Origin: a virus
Reading direction: 5' to 3' (one strand)
DNA length: 42,318 bases
IMG/VR virus record: IMGVR_UViG_2937098957_000001
Span: 1 to 42,318 of that record
The notes under the pieces are model-generated. The model was given only the letters and a program-made list of their open reading frames with translations, was not told the DNA's origin and searched no databases. The position numbers were made by a program, and so were the translations under genes. This document shows positions 8,463-15,463 of this stretch, one piece after another (the first letter of the stretch is position 1; every line of letters starts with the position of its first letter).

Positions 8463-8465
8463 CTC

Positions 8466-8990
8466 TCATTCCTCCGTTTGAGTGAGGCAACCAGATCTGC
8501 CTGTTTCTGGTCTGCCGTGGTTCTTGTGAAATCCGAATTTGGCTTCTGCAGCCTTCCGGGCCATGGCCGCTTCGATAAGCGTCGAGTAGCTCCCGAGAGC
8601 AAAATCCCTGCCTTTGTCGGCTATTTGCGCACGCCAAGGCTTATTGGGGTTGTTGCTCCGATAGACGCCGGTAACCCCGGAAGTGTTGTCTTTCCTGCGC
8701 CGCGTATTCCTATTGTTGTCCGCGACGGAAGCCTCTCGGAGATTGAAAAGTCGGTTGTCAGCCCGATCACCGTTAAGGTGGTCTATCACCTCGGGGTGGG
8801 TGCCGTAGGTCAGGATCCAGATGATGCGATGAACCCTGTGCCTCTTCCCACCAATCATGACGGCCAGATATCCTTCTTCGTTCTTCCAGCCCGCCCGGCG
8901 CAATGACCCGTCACGCTTCAGCCAAAACAGGCCACCCGTCTCCGGATCGTACTTGAAGTGCTTCTTCAGATTTTCCTGCGTCAGTCTCAT
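8466..8990 (-). CDS. HNH endonuclease with AP2-type DNA-binding domain
   Basis: YDPETGGLFW ... HRIIW ... VIDHLNGDRADNRLFNLREAS, then TSGVTGVY ... WRAQI (AP2-like). ORF track 8466..9053; ATG at 8990. Confidence 0.8.
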   Translation of the reverse strand: MRLTQENLKKHFKYDPETGGLFWLKRDGSLRRAGWKNEEGYLAVMIGGKRHRVHRIIWILTYGTHPEVIDHLNGDRADNRLFNLREASVADNNRNTRRRKDNTSGVTGVYRSNNPNKPWRAQIADKGRDFALGSYSTLIEAAMARKAAEAKFGFHKNHGRPETGRSGCLTQTEE

Positions 8991-9275
8991 GGGGGCGTCT
9001 TCGTGGTTGCTTTCGATGAAATGTAAGTTGCCATACAGCCAACAAAAGAGCAAGGGGTGGCGCGGAAGAAAATAAAAAAAAGTTGCTCTCTTGCCAACCG
9101 GGTTGGCGCCGTGGTATTCATCGCTGCAGATGATTGGGCGACCGGGTGCAATTCCCGAGCTGGTGAAGCCCGAGGCGCGGGAAGCGAAAGTCCTGCTGTG
9201 CTGCCAGAAAATGAGGACGGATCAGCCGGAAGGCGTCCTGCCATAAGCGACCGACCGACCGACGGTTCAGAAGCT

Positions 9276-9335
9276 AGGCAAATGCTTCCCCTGCCTCTTG
9301 GACTTTGGTCCTAGGGGTAGGGGGAAGCTTTGCCT
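9276..9335. other. Long imperfect hairpin (15 bp stem with one bulge) in the non-coding region
   Basis: AGGCAAATGCTTCCCC (9276-9291) pairs with GGGGAAGCTTTGCCT (9321-9335). The inner GGAC/GTCC hairpin is followed by the pyrimidine tract TTCTCTCCCTCCCTCTCTC. Confidence 0.6.
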
Positions 9336-9728
9336 TCTCTCCCTCCCTCTCTCAAGTTCAGAACCTTTAATGATAAGACTGTAGTAACACTAGATAGCCT
9401 CTGTAACGAAAAGTGATCAGAAAACGGACGCGCCGCGAATGTGCCATATTTGGGCGTATGCGGGCGTTTCGCGTGCGTCTTATTAACCGAGTTTCCGTAA
9501 AACCCCTAAAAACATAGTGGAAAATTGGTCTGCCCCTTCACAATCCGTTCACCATCGGTTGCGCGGCTCGACAGAAATTCGCGGTAGGTTGCGTAAAGTA
9601 TTACAGTTTTGTGGCAGCCCACAGAAAAACTCGACCAAAAATTTTCCTAGTCCGAAAGGGTTATCTCTGTTTAGGTTGCATTAGCACCTACAGTATTGGT
9701 GGCCGGGTGCGCTGGGAGAAAACTTGAA

Positions 9729-9941
9729 TTGCGTAGACGTGAGTTCTTTTCGTTCGCGGCTGTTGGAGCCGCCGTTGCTCCACAAATTTCAGTAGCAAAG
9801 CAACACAGTGACCTGGGATCCCTACTCGGGGATCTCGAAGACGCCATCAAAGGCGAAATGCCAGGCGTCAGCAGAATTGAAATCCGCTGTCGGCCGGAAG
9901 ACCCGAAAATGCCTCTGATGATTTTTGCTTATCGCGATTAG
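9729..9941 (+). CDS. Small exported protein with twin-arginine (Tat) signal peptide
   Basis: LRRREFFSFAAVGAAVAPQISVA|KQ. GGGAGA SD lies 9 nt before TTG 9729 (ORF track start 9696). Convergent with the repressor gene, with overlapping stops. Confidence 0.5.
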   Translation: MRRREFFSFAAVGAAVAPQISVAKQHSDLGSLLGDLEDAIKGEMPGVSRIEIRCRPEDPKMPLMIFAYRD

Positions 9942-10288
9942 CCGTCCGTGCCTGTCCTGAGCATCGCCTCAACGACAACGAAGATGTCGCGGCGGCGCTC
10001 TGGCGGGGCGGATCTTAGTAGGTCGTCTATGCTCGGCTGTTCTGGATCATGGAACAGTTTCCCGGGGTCTTCTCCAAAGCCAAGAGCTTCAGCCAGGGCG
10101 GCCTGAACGCTCATGGTCATGTCGCGCTTCCCGCTCTCCCAGCGACTGATCTGGTCCTTGCCGGTCTGTTTGCCGTCTTCCCCTACAGGAAGGAGATCGG
10201 CTAGCTGTTGCTGGGTTAAACCCCTCGCAACGCGCCATTCCCGCAAAAAGTGCCTGAACGGTTTCTTTGGGCCAATTCTAGTTACCAT
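9938..10288 (-). CDS. XRE-family HTH repressor (CI-like)
   Basis: FLREWRVARGLTQQQLADLL ... ISRWESGKR HTH motif. Divergent from the Cro-like gene. Confidence 0.85.
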   Translation of the reverse strand: MVTRIGPKKPFRHFLREWRVARGLTQQQLADLLPVGEDGKQTGKDQISRWESGKRDMTMSVQAALAEALGFGEDPGKLFHDPEQPSIDDLLRSAPPERRRDIFVVVEAMLRTGTDG

Positions 10289-10300
10289 GGCGGAAGTTTA

Positions 10301-10384
10301 GTTGCCTTCTCGTCAACTGTAGACGGCCACGTTGCCAACATTTTTTTGCGAGACCCCTTGCAAATGAGTTGGCTATGTGGCAAC
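10301..10384. promoter_or_regulatory. Divergent immunity control region with putative operators
   Basis: GTTG-N9-CAAC at 10301-10317 and 10368-10384, plus GTTGcCAAC at 10331-10339. TTGCAA (10358-10363) is a possible -35 for the rightward promoter. Confidence 0.5.
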
Positions 10385-10393
10385 AATAGAAAC

Positions 10394-10618
10394 ATGGAAA
10401 ACGAACACGCACTCACACTCTGGCGGAAAAGCCATAAACCGAAAGCGGTCACCCAGGCGGCACTTGGGAAGGCTCTTGGAATTTCTCGCTGGTATGTAAA
10501 CCGGCTTGAGACTGGGAACAGGACGCCTTCGTTTGATCTGGCAATGAAGATAGAGCGCGTAACAGGCGGCGAGGTTAAGGCTAGGGACTTTGCTAAAAGC
10601 GAGGAGGCGGAGCAATGA
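10394..10618 (+). CDS. Cro-like HTH regulator
   Basis: VTQAALGKALGISRWYVNRLETGNRTPS HTH motif. ORF track 10250..10618; ATG 10394 avoids overlap with the repressor gene. There is no SD, so the transcript may be leaderless. Confidence 0.7.
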   Translation: MENEHALTLWRKSHKPKAVTQAALGKALGISRWYVNRLETGNRTPSFDLAMKIERVTGGEVKARDFAKSEEAEQ

Positions 10619-10620
10619 CA

Positions 10621-10872
10621 TCACCAGTGCTCCATCTTCCCCAGGTCGCGGCAGAGCTTCTTGGCAACCTCGGTCACCATTCTAATGCGGACCGAAACGA
10701 CGGCCTTAGTTTGACCGTCTCCGTTGACGGATTGAGCGGCGAAGGACAGGCGCACGATGTCGTGTTCGTCAACTTCAAGCTCTGTGACCAGATCGACGTA
10801 AAAAGCGGGCGCTCCCTCATCGAAGATGAAAACGGGATTGCTCGGAGTTCCAGATTTCCCGACGACGGGCAT
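10621..10872 (-). CDS. Hypothetical protein antisense to the early-right operon
   Basis: 83 aa. Codon position 1 is 45% G and 68% purine, with C/G-rich third positions. AGGAA SD lies 8 nt before the ATG. Competing plus ORF 10615..10959 rejected. Confidence 0.6.
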   Translation of the reverse strand: MPVVGKSGTPSNPVFIFDEGAPAFYVDLVTELEVDEHDIVRLSFAAQSVNGDGQTKAVVSVRIRMVTEVAKKLCRDLGKMEHW

Positions 10873-10952
10873 GATCAAGGTTCCTCTAAAGCAGCATCAA
10901 TGAAATCCAACGGGTTCCGGTTCCTACCGGCCCAAGAATGGAGGGTAGTTCC

Positions 10953-11090
10953 ATGCTGAGCTTCACATTTCGTCTTCTGCCATCGTTTCGCTGGGAGGTT
11001 CTGCGCGGCGAAATGGTTATGGCCGTCTTTGGAACCCGCGCCGAGGCTTTGGCCTACTGCGATCGGAAGAACTCGGGGTCGATGCAATGA
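10953..11090 (+). CDS. Small hypothetical protein (45 aa), not in the ORF track
   Basis: Hand-translated: MLSFTFRLLPSFRWEVLRGEMVMAVFGTRAEALAYCDRKNSGSMQ. GGAGGG SD lies 7 nt upstream. ATGA overlap with the next gene. Confidence 0.5.
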   Translation: MLSFTFRLLPSFRWEVLRGEMVMAVFGTRAEALAYCDRKNSGSMQ

Positions 11091-11431
11091 ATTCGCTCAA
11101 TCTCAGAAAGAATGAGGGCATCGCTATGGGATGGAATTTCGATATCTCCGCAGCCCATCGCGGCCGGACCATCACAGTCCTGGAAACCGACAAAGACGGG
11201 AAGCTCCGCGAGCGCCAGGAATTCCGCCACGATCACGTCATCCTCGCCAGCAAGTGCGGCAAGGTTTCCCGTTCCTACTGGATACCGGACGAACAGCGCT
11301 GGTGCATGTTCAGCAAGAACGAGCAGCCCAAGGCTTGGCAGCCGTGGCCAGAGTGGCCAGAGGACGCCGTTGCAACGCTCCACGCTGAATCCAGTGAATT
11401 CACCCGCCTGATGGAGGCGCAAAATGTCTGA
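11087..11431 (+). CDS. Hypothetical protein, DUF551-like C-terminus
   Basis: KAWQPWPEWPE resembles the WMPLPEPP motif of 13982..14176. Confidence 0.6.
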   Translation: MNSLNLRKNEGIAMGWNFDISAAHRGRTITVLETDKDGKLRERQEFRHDHVILASKCGKVSRSYWIPDEQRWCMFSKNEQPKAWQPWPEWPEDAVATLHAESSEFTRLMEAQNV

Positions 11432-11627
11432 GCAAATCATTCTCTACCTCACTGCATTTCTTGGCTGGTCATTCCTGGTTCTCGTAAACGGCATGTTCTT
11501 CGGCTGCGGCGTCTATGCGTTCTGCTGCGAGGTCGGGAACCAAGCCGGTTGGAAGCCGCGAAACTACGACAAGTCTCAGGCCGAAGCCGACGAGCTTTGG
11601 GCGGCCACTAAGGCGAGGTCTCGCTAA
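11424..11627 (+). CDS. Small membrane protein
   Basis: 67 aa with a hydrophobic N-terminal half (ILYLTAFLGWSFLVLVNGMFFGCGVYAFCC). Confidence 0.55.
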   Translation: MSEQIILYLTAFLGWSFLVLVNGMFFGCGVYAFCCEVGNQAGWKPRNYDKSQAEADELWAATKARSR

Positions 11628-11782
11628 TGACGGGGAAATATAAAGTTGTCTGGCTTTTCGTTGTCGCATGGTCGGGAGCGTTCGCCGCGTCTGAATTGAG
11701 CGATGCTGGATTTTGGCCGCTGGCGCTCCTGATAGCGATTTTGTGCCCTATAGCACACAACGCTCTTTACTACCGAGATTGA
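11627..11782 (+). CDS. Small membrane protein (51 aa), not in the ORF track
   Basis: TAATG overlap with the upstream stop. Sequence MTGKYKVVWLFVVAWSGAFAAS...LALLIAILCPIAH has two hydrophobic segments. Confidence 0.45.
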   Translation: MTGKYKVVWLFVVAWSGAFAASELSDAGFWPLALLIAILCPIAHNALYYRD

Positions 11783-11820
11783 TCGCCGCGACCTCCTCCC
11801 CCTCGGGTGTGGCGATCAAC

Positions 11821-11855
11821 GCGGACGGCTCGGCTCCTCCCCTTGAGCCGTCCGC
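11821..11855 (+). other. Perfect 11-bp-stem hairpin after the small membrane genes
   Basis: GCGGACGGCTC (11821-31) pairs with GAGCCGTCCGC (11845-55). There is no clear U-tract, so it is not called a terminator. Confidence 0.4.
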
Positions 11856-12110
11856 ACCTTAATTCTCGGGAGCTTCACCTGCAGGCGCATCACTACAGCC
11901 TGGGAAGCTTCACCGAGCGAAATGAACGGAACCGCGGCGTCTTCCTGGTTGGCGCCTGAAACGCCCGCCGGTTCCTCAGTGTGAAGTGTGTACGTCCTGT
12001 GCATGTGCATCTCCTTCAACAAGGAGACAATCGCACAGGAGACTCACAAGGTGCTGGAAATCAGAGACACGCGCTTGTCGAAGTGTGACAAGCCGAAAAG
12101 GAAGAAGGCA

Positions 12111-12458
12111 ATGTCTGATGTCGCGTACGCCCAAGGCCTTTTCCGGGAAGCATTCCCGGAGCGCCGCTATGGCAGCGTCAAGAGCCTGTTGCTTGAGGCT
12201 CAACGTTTCATCTCCCGGCATGTACAGAAAGATTTCACCCATCGTCGTGCGCGTTCGATCTGGGAAGGATCAGCACGACGTATCGACAGCGAAGAGATGG
12301 ATGCGCTGCGTGTGGCCGTCCTTGAGGAGAGCAAGCGTGAACAAAGAGAACTCCGTGCCCGTCTGGCTGCTCTGGATGCGAAGCTTGCCGATGCCGATGC
12401 GCATCTGGCTCGCACGTCGCTGGCAGCGGATCGCCGGCAAGCGTCTCGACTGGGCTGA
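12111..12458 (+). CDS. Hypothetical protein
   Basis: ORF track 11988..12458. ATG 12111 is preceded by GGAAGAAGG. The upstream part looks non-coding. Confidence 0.6.
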   Translation: MSDVAYAQGLFREAFPERRYGSVKSLLLEAQRFISRHVQKDFTHRRARSIWEGSARRIDSEEMDALRVAVLEESKREQRELRARLAALDAKLADADAHLARTSLAADRRQASRLG

Positions 12459-12496
12459 ATATATCGCGCCTGAACTTAAGGATGAGGATAGCGCTG

Positions 12497-12799
12497 ATGG
12501 CTAGCAAAAGGAAAAAGCTTCACAGGAACGTCCAGGTTGCTTTCTCGCGCATCTATCAGAGTGGCGGCTACATTTGCCGCCAGTCGAGTGACGCGGAGGA
12601 GGCGATGAGAGGAGGGTGTTTTATCTATTTCGCAAGGGACAACAATGCCCCGATCTCCCCGGCCGCGGCGAAATTCATCATCGAGAACGGCCTCGCTGAG
12701 CCCGTCTCAGACGGACTTTTTGCTGACACATCCCAGTCTTTCAGAGCCGTCAGCCCGTCCGAGTTCCACAGTTTCAAAGAACGATATGAAACGATGTGA
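12497..12799 (+). CDS. Hypothetical protein
   Basis: ORF track 12482..12799. ATG 12497 has a GAGGA SD 8 nt upstream. Confidence 0.55.
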   Translation: MASKRKKLHRNVQVAFSRIYQSGGYICRQSSDAEEAMRGGCFIYFARDNNAPISPAAAKFIIENGLAEPVSDGLFADTSQSFRAVSPSEFHSFKERYETM

Positions 12800-12890
12800 T
12801 TGCGGCTCTGGTGAGTGGGCGATCTTCGGCTTCGGCGTGTGTTTACGTGAAGGGCGGCTAGGCGAATGGAAGTGCAAGAAGTGCAGGTGA
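12786..12890 (+). CDS. Possible 34-aa zinc-ribbon-like peptide
   Basis: MKRCDCGSGEWAIFGFGVCLREGRLGEWKCKKCR (CxC ... CxxC). Its stop forms a GTGA overlap with a GTG at 12887 in the next ORF's frame. Confidence 0.3.
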   Translation: MKRCDCGSGEWAIFGFGVCLREGRLGEWKCKKCR

Positions 12891-13102
12891 GCCCACCGGA
12901 GTTCACTTCGTATGCTGACATGGCGGCAGAGGCCGACAAGTACGTCCACGAACTCGAAACGTGGATGGAGGATCACGGCCCAAGTTCCAAGAGGCCTTGG
13001 CCCGACCACAACATTGCCAATAAACGCCGCCGTCTCGCCTGGGTTTTGAAGGCACTCGAGATATTCCAGCGCGGCGCCGAAAGAGAGGCGGGGGCCGTAT
13101 GA
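12866..13102 (+). CDS. Hypothetical protein
   Basis: 78-aa ORF (alternative GTG start at 12887). ATGA overlap with rusA. Confidence 0.55.
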   Translation: MEVQEVQVSPPEFTSYADMAAEADKYVHELETWMEDHGPSSKRPWPDHNIANKRRRLAWVLKALEIFQRGAEREAGAV

Positions 13103-13461
13103 CCACTGCTGAAATCTTCCTCCCATGGCCCGATCGCAAGCTCAGCCCGAACGCTCGCGTTCATTGGGCAGCCCTCGCCAGCGCGAAGAAGAAAGCAAAG
13201 CGGGATGCTCGTTACGCCACACAGGCGGCAGGGATCGGGAAGATCGAAGCAGAACGTCTCTCGGTCCGCTACGTGATCTTTCCGCCGAACCGGCACGCCA
13301 GAGATACCGACAACATCGTTTCGAGCCTCAAAGCAGCACAAGACGGAATAGCCGAGGCGATAGGCATAGACGACAGCAAGTGGACGACATCTTACCGGAT
13401 GGCTGGTGCCATCGAGAAGGGCGGCATGATCAAGGTCGAACTGGATTGGAGCGGAGCATGA
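13099..13461 (+). CDS. rusA: RusA-family Holliday junction resolvase
   Basis: LPWPDRKLSPNARVHW ... RDTDNIVSSLKAAQDGIAEA pattern typical of RusA. Confidence 0.75.
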   Translation: MTTAEIFLPWPDRKLSPNARVHWAALASAKKKAKRDARYATQAAGIGKIEAERLSVRYVIFPPNRHARDTDNIVSSLKAAQDGIAEAIGIDDSKWTTSYRMAGAIEKGGMIKVELDWSGA

Positions 13462-13985
13462 GCGATATAGAAGACCTCCTGAGCGGTCTCAAAGCCATTG
13501 TTGAGGAAGCCGCGGCGAAGAAGCGTAAATCTCCGAAGAAGAAGATTTACTCGGAAAAGGACGAGACACCGGAGTTCGTCCAGTTCTGGGAGACGTGGCG
13601 CCCTCATGCGCGCCAGAACGACGGGCGTGGCCTTGCTCGGGAATGCTTCTTGAAGCAAGTCAGCAACGGCGCCGATCCGCAGGCGATTGCCGATGGGGCC
13701 CGATACTTCTTCCGCACAATGAAAGAGCGCGACCGGGAATACATCCCGCTGGCAGCAACATGGCTGAACCGCGGCGCTTACGAGGATTTGGCCGTTCAGG
13801 AGCGCGCTTATCAGAAGCGTATTTCCTCTGGAAACGTCGTCTCCATGGCCGCGAAACCCGCCAATTACGGGCCTGCCGAGATCGTATCCCCTCCAGAGCC
13901 CATCTCCCCAGAGGAAGCAGAACGCCGCCGCCAGATGGTAGCGAGGCTGAGGGCTGAGGGCGTGATCGGGAGAACGATGCAGTGA
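13458..13985 (+). CDS. Conserved phage protein, FW-x2-W/YP ... ATWLN family (paralog A)
   Basis: ATG 13458 forms an ATGA overlap with the rusA stop. FVQFWETWRPH ... AATWLNRGAYED. The last ~37 aa are near-identical to those of 14363..14758. Confidence 0.65.
   Translation: MSDIEDLLSGLKAIVEEAAAKKRKSPKKKIYSEKDETPEFVQFWETWRPHARQNDGRGLARECFLKQVSNGADPQAIADGARYFFRTMKERDREYIPLAATWLNRGAYEDLAVQERAYQKRISSGNVVSMAAKPANYGPAEIVSPPEPISPEEAERRRQMVARLRAEGVIGRTMQ
13875..13985 (+). repeat. Internal direct repeat B, copy 1 (65 bp perfect, then near-identical)
   Basis: 13875-13939 is identical to 14648-14712. The first mismatch is at 13940 (a vs g). Similarity continues to both stop codons. Confidence 0.9.
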
Positions 13986-14176
13986 GTGGATGGCAGCCCA
14001 TCGAAACGTACAATGGATATTTGGCGGTTCTCATCCGTACAGAGCGTGGTTTCGTCGTCAGCGCGTTCAAGGATGTAACGGGATGCTGGCACATGACCTC
14101 ACGCGACTTCCGCGGGGCTCAGAAGCTTAAGGCTGTTCCGCGTCACTGGATGCCCCTTCCGGAGCCTCCGAAATGA
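13982..14176 (+). CDS. DUF551-like phage protein
   Basis: C-terminal HWMPLPEPPK motif. GTG start forms a GTGA overlap. Confidence 0.65.
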   Translation: MSGWQPIETYNGYLAVLIRTERGFVVSAFKDVTGCWHMTSRDFRGAQKLKAVPRHWMPLPEPPK

Positions 14177-14379
14177 AGGACTGGCGCGAGATCCAACGCG
14201 AGACCGCCCGCAGAGAACGCCGTTCACTCCTCGCAGAAGCAGTGACATTCGAGCGGTTCGCCGAGATGGCAAAGCAGAAGAGGCTCCCTGTTGGCTCTGT
14301 CTGGCATTGGAGCACTGGAGAGATTTACGGGCCTATCGGAAGTGCAGAAAAGGAGAACGGACATGCAAGCGCAGCCTGA
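14173..14379 (+). CDS. Hypothetical protein (paralog R1)
   Basis: 68 aa, 64/68 identical to the product of 15257..15463. Confidence 0.6.
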   Translation: MKDWREIQRETARRERRSLLAEAVTFERFAEMAKQKRLPVGSVWHWSTGEIYGPIGSAEKENGHASAA

Positions 14380-14395
14380 ACTAATGAGACAGCAA
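14197..14395 (+). repeat. Internal direct repeat A, copy 1 (199 bp, perfect)
   Basis: 14197-14395 reads identically to 15281-15479, an offset of 1084 bp. Confidence 0.9.
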
Positions 14396-14758
14396 TTCGA
14401 ATCCTTTTGGAAATCGTACCCGCGCCGCGTAGCCAAGGGCGCAGCTCGTAAAGCCTTCGACAAGGCAATCAAGAAAACCACGCTCGAAACCATGCTCAAG
14501 GCGATCACCGAATACGTCGCCAAGAAGCCCGAGAAGATCGACTTCAAGCACCCGGCTACCTGGCTGAACGGAGAATGCTGGGATGACGAGTGGGAGCCCG
14601 CACAGGCTCGCGTGCAGCGTCCGACGTATGGCGCGAACTATGGCAGGGCCGAGATCGTATCCCCTCCAGAGCCCATCTCCCCAGAGGAAGCAGAACGCCG
14701 CCGCCAGATGGTGGCGAAGCTTAGGGCTGAGGGCGTGATCGGGAGGACGATGCAATGA
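14363..14758 (+). CDS. Conserved phage protein, FW-x2-YP ... ATWLN family (paralog A')
   Basis: ATG 14363 follows AAGGAG. MQAQPELMRQQFESFWKSYPRRVAKGAARKAF ... PATWLNGECWDD. Confidence 0.65.
   Translation: MQAQPELMRQQFESFWKSYPRRVAKGAARKAFDKAIKKTTLETMLKAITEYVAKKPEKIDFKHPATWLNGECWDDEWEPAQARVQRPTYGANYGRAEIVSPPEPISPEEAERRRQMVAKLRAEGVIGRTMQ
14648..14758 (+). repeat. Internal direct repeat B, copy 2
   Basis: See 13875..13985. Confidence 0.9.
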
Positions 14759-15045
14759 AGATAACCGCCGAGATGGTCCAAGCAGCAAAGAATGCCTATT
14801 GGGCCGAAGTACATAACGGTTCCGGTTACGGTGATAAGTGCTACGAAGCCGCGATAGCCAGCGCGCTCGAAGTCGCCAGCAAGAATTCAAATGAAGATCC
14901 CCACGAAGATATACGCCTCTATCCCGGGGATGGCGCGCTTGTCATGCGCGAAAATGGAGACATGACAATTGTTGGCTCTCATATTCCGGACTTGGTGTTG
15001 GCGTTCAATGTCTTCAATGGCGCGGATACAGAGGAGGATGAATAA
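14755..15045 (+). CDS. Hypothetical protein
   Basis: 96-aa ORF with an ATGA overlap. Confidence 0.6.
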   Translation: MKITAEMVQAAKNAYWAEVHNGSGYGDKCYEAAIASALEVASKNSNEDPHEDIRLYPGDGALVMRENGDMTIVGSHIPDLVLAFNVFNGADTEEDE

Positions 15046-15047
15046 CA

Positions 15048-15260
15048 ATGAGCGATATTGTAGATCGATTGCTCAGTTTGTCTAATTGCGACGCTAGAGC
15101 CGGAGAGCCTCTTGGGAAATGCATGAGGGAAGCTGCTATCGATATCAAGATCCTTCGTGACGCACTGGAGGACTGCATAGACGCTCTAAAATACGGCTCT
15201 GATTATCCCGAGGCAAACTGGGTCATTCTTAAAGCTCAGCAAGCTCTGGGTAAAAAATGA
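15048..15260 (+). CDS. Hypothetical protein
   Basis: 70-aa ORF with visibly AT-richer codons than its neighbours. Confidence 0.55.
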   Translation: MSDIVDRLLSLSNCDARAGEPLGKCMREAAIDIKILRDALEDCIDALKYGSDYPEANWVILKAQQALGKK

Positions 15261-15463
15261 AGGACTACCGCGAAATGAAGCGCGAGACCGCCCGCAGAGA
15301 ACGCCGTTCACTCCTCGCAGAAGCAGTGACATTCGAGCGGTTCGCCGAGATGGCAAAGCAGAAGAGGCTCCCTGTTGGCTCTGTCTGGCATTGGAGCACT
15401 GGAGAGATTTACGGGCCTATCGGAAGTGCAGAAAAGGAGAACGGACATGCAAGCGCAGCCTGA
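15257..15463 (+). CDS. Hypothetical protein (paralog R2)
   Basis: ATGA overlap. Near-identical to the product of 14173..14379. Confidence 0.6.
   Translation: MKDYREMKRETARRERRSLLAEAVTFERFAEMAKQKRLPVGSVWHWSTGEIYGPIGSAEKENGHASAA

Noticed and set aside
8292-8906. Plus ORF 8292..8906 (204 aa) and minus ORFs 8300..8602 and 8320..8637
   Set aside because: They overlap the HNH-AP2 gene or the small SD-preceded ORF 8310..8462 in other frames. Their products are R/P/A-rich and have no start context.
8987-9314. ORFs 8987..9244 (-) and 9057..9314 (+) in the large intergenic region
   Set aside because: They have no SD and low-complexity A/R/S/P-rich products, and they overlap each other. The region looks like structured non-coding DNA.
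9610-9623. Palindrome TGTGG-CAGC-CCACA flanked by T- and A-runs, considered as a bidirectional terminator
   Set aside because: The stem is only 5 bp, and the U-tract would precede rather than follow the hairpin on both strands. I kept it only as a possible protein-binding site and did not call it.
10250-10393. N-terminal extension of the Cro-like ORF (track start 10250)
   Set aside because: It would overlap the repressor gene start and the operator region. The HTH protein begins naturally at ATG 10394.
10615-11087. Plus ORF 10615..10959 (114 aa) and minus ORF 10875..11087
   Set aside because: The plus ORF is the antisense shadow of 10621..10872, which has better codon statistics and an SD. 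The minus ORF 10875..11087 overlaps the SD-preceded, ATGA-coupled plus ORF 10953..11090 and has an implausible sequence.
11816-12504. ORFs 11816..12022 (-), 11976..12242 (-), 11986..12504 (+), 12200..12415 (-) and 12235..12507 (-)
   Set aside because: They either run through the hairpin/repeat region or are alternative or antisense frames of 12111..12458. Their products are R/S/C-rich.
13125-13457. The 286-aa reading of ORF 13125..13985
   Set aside because: Its first 111 codons are an R-rich alternate frame across rusA. The ATG at 13458 is ATGA-coupled to the rusA stop and starts the conserved part.
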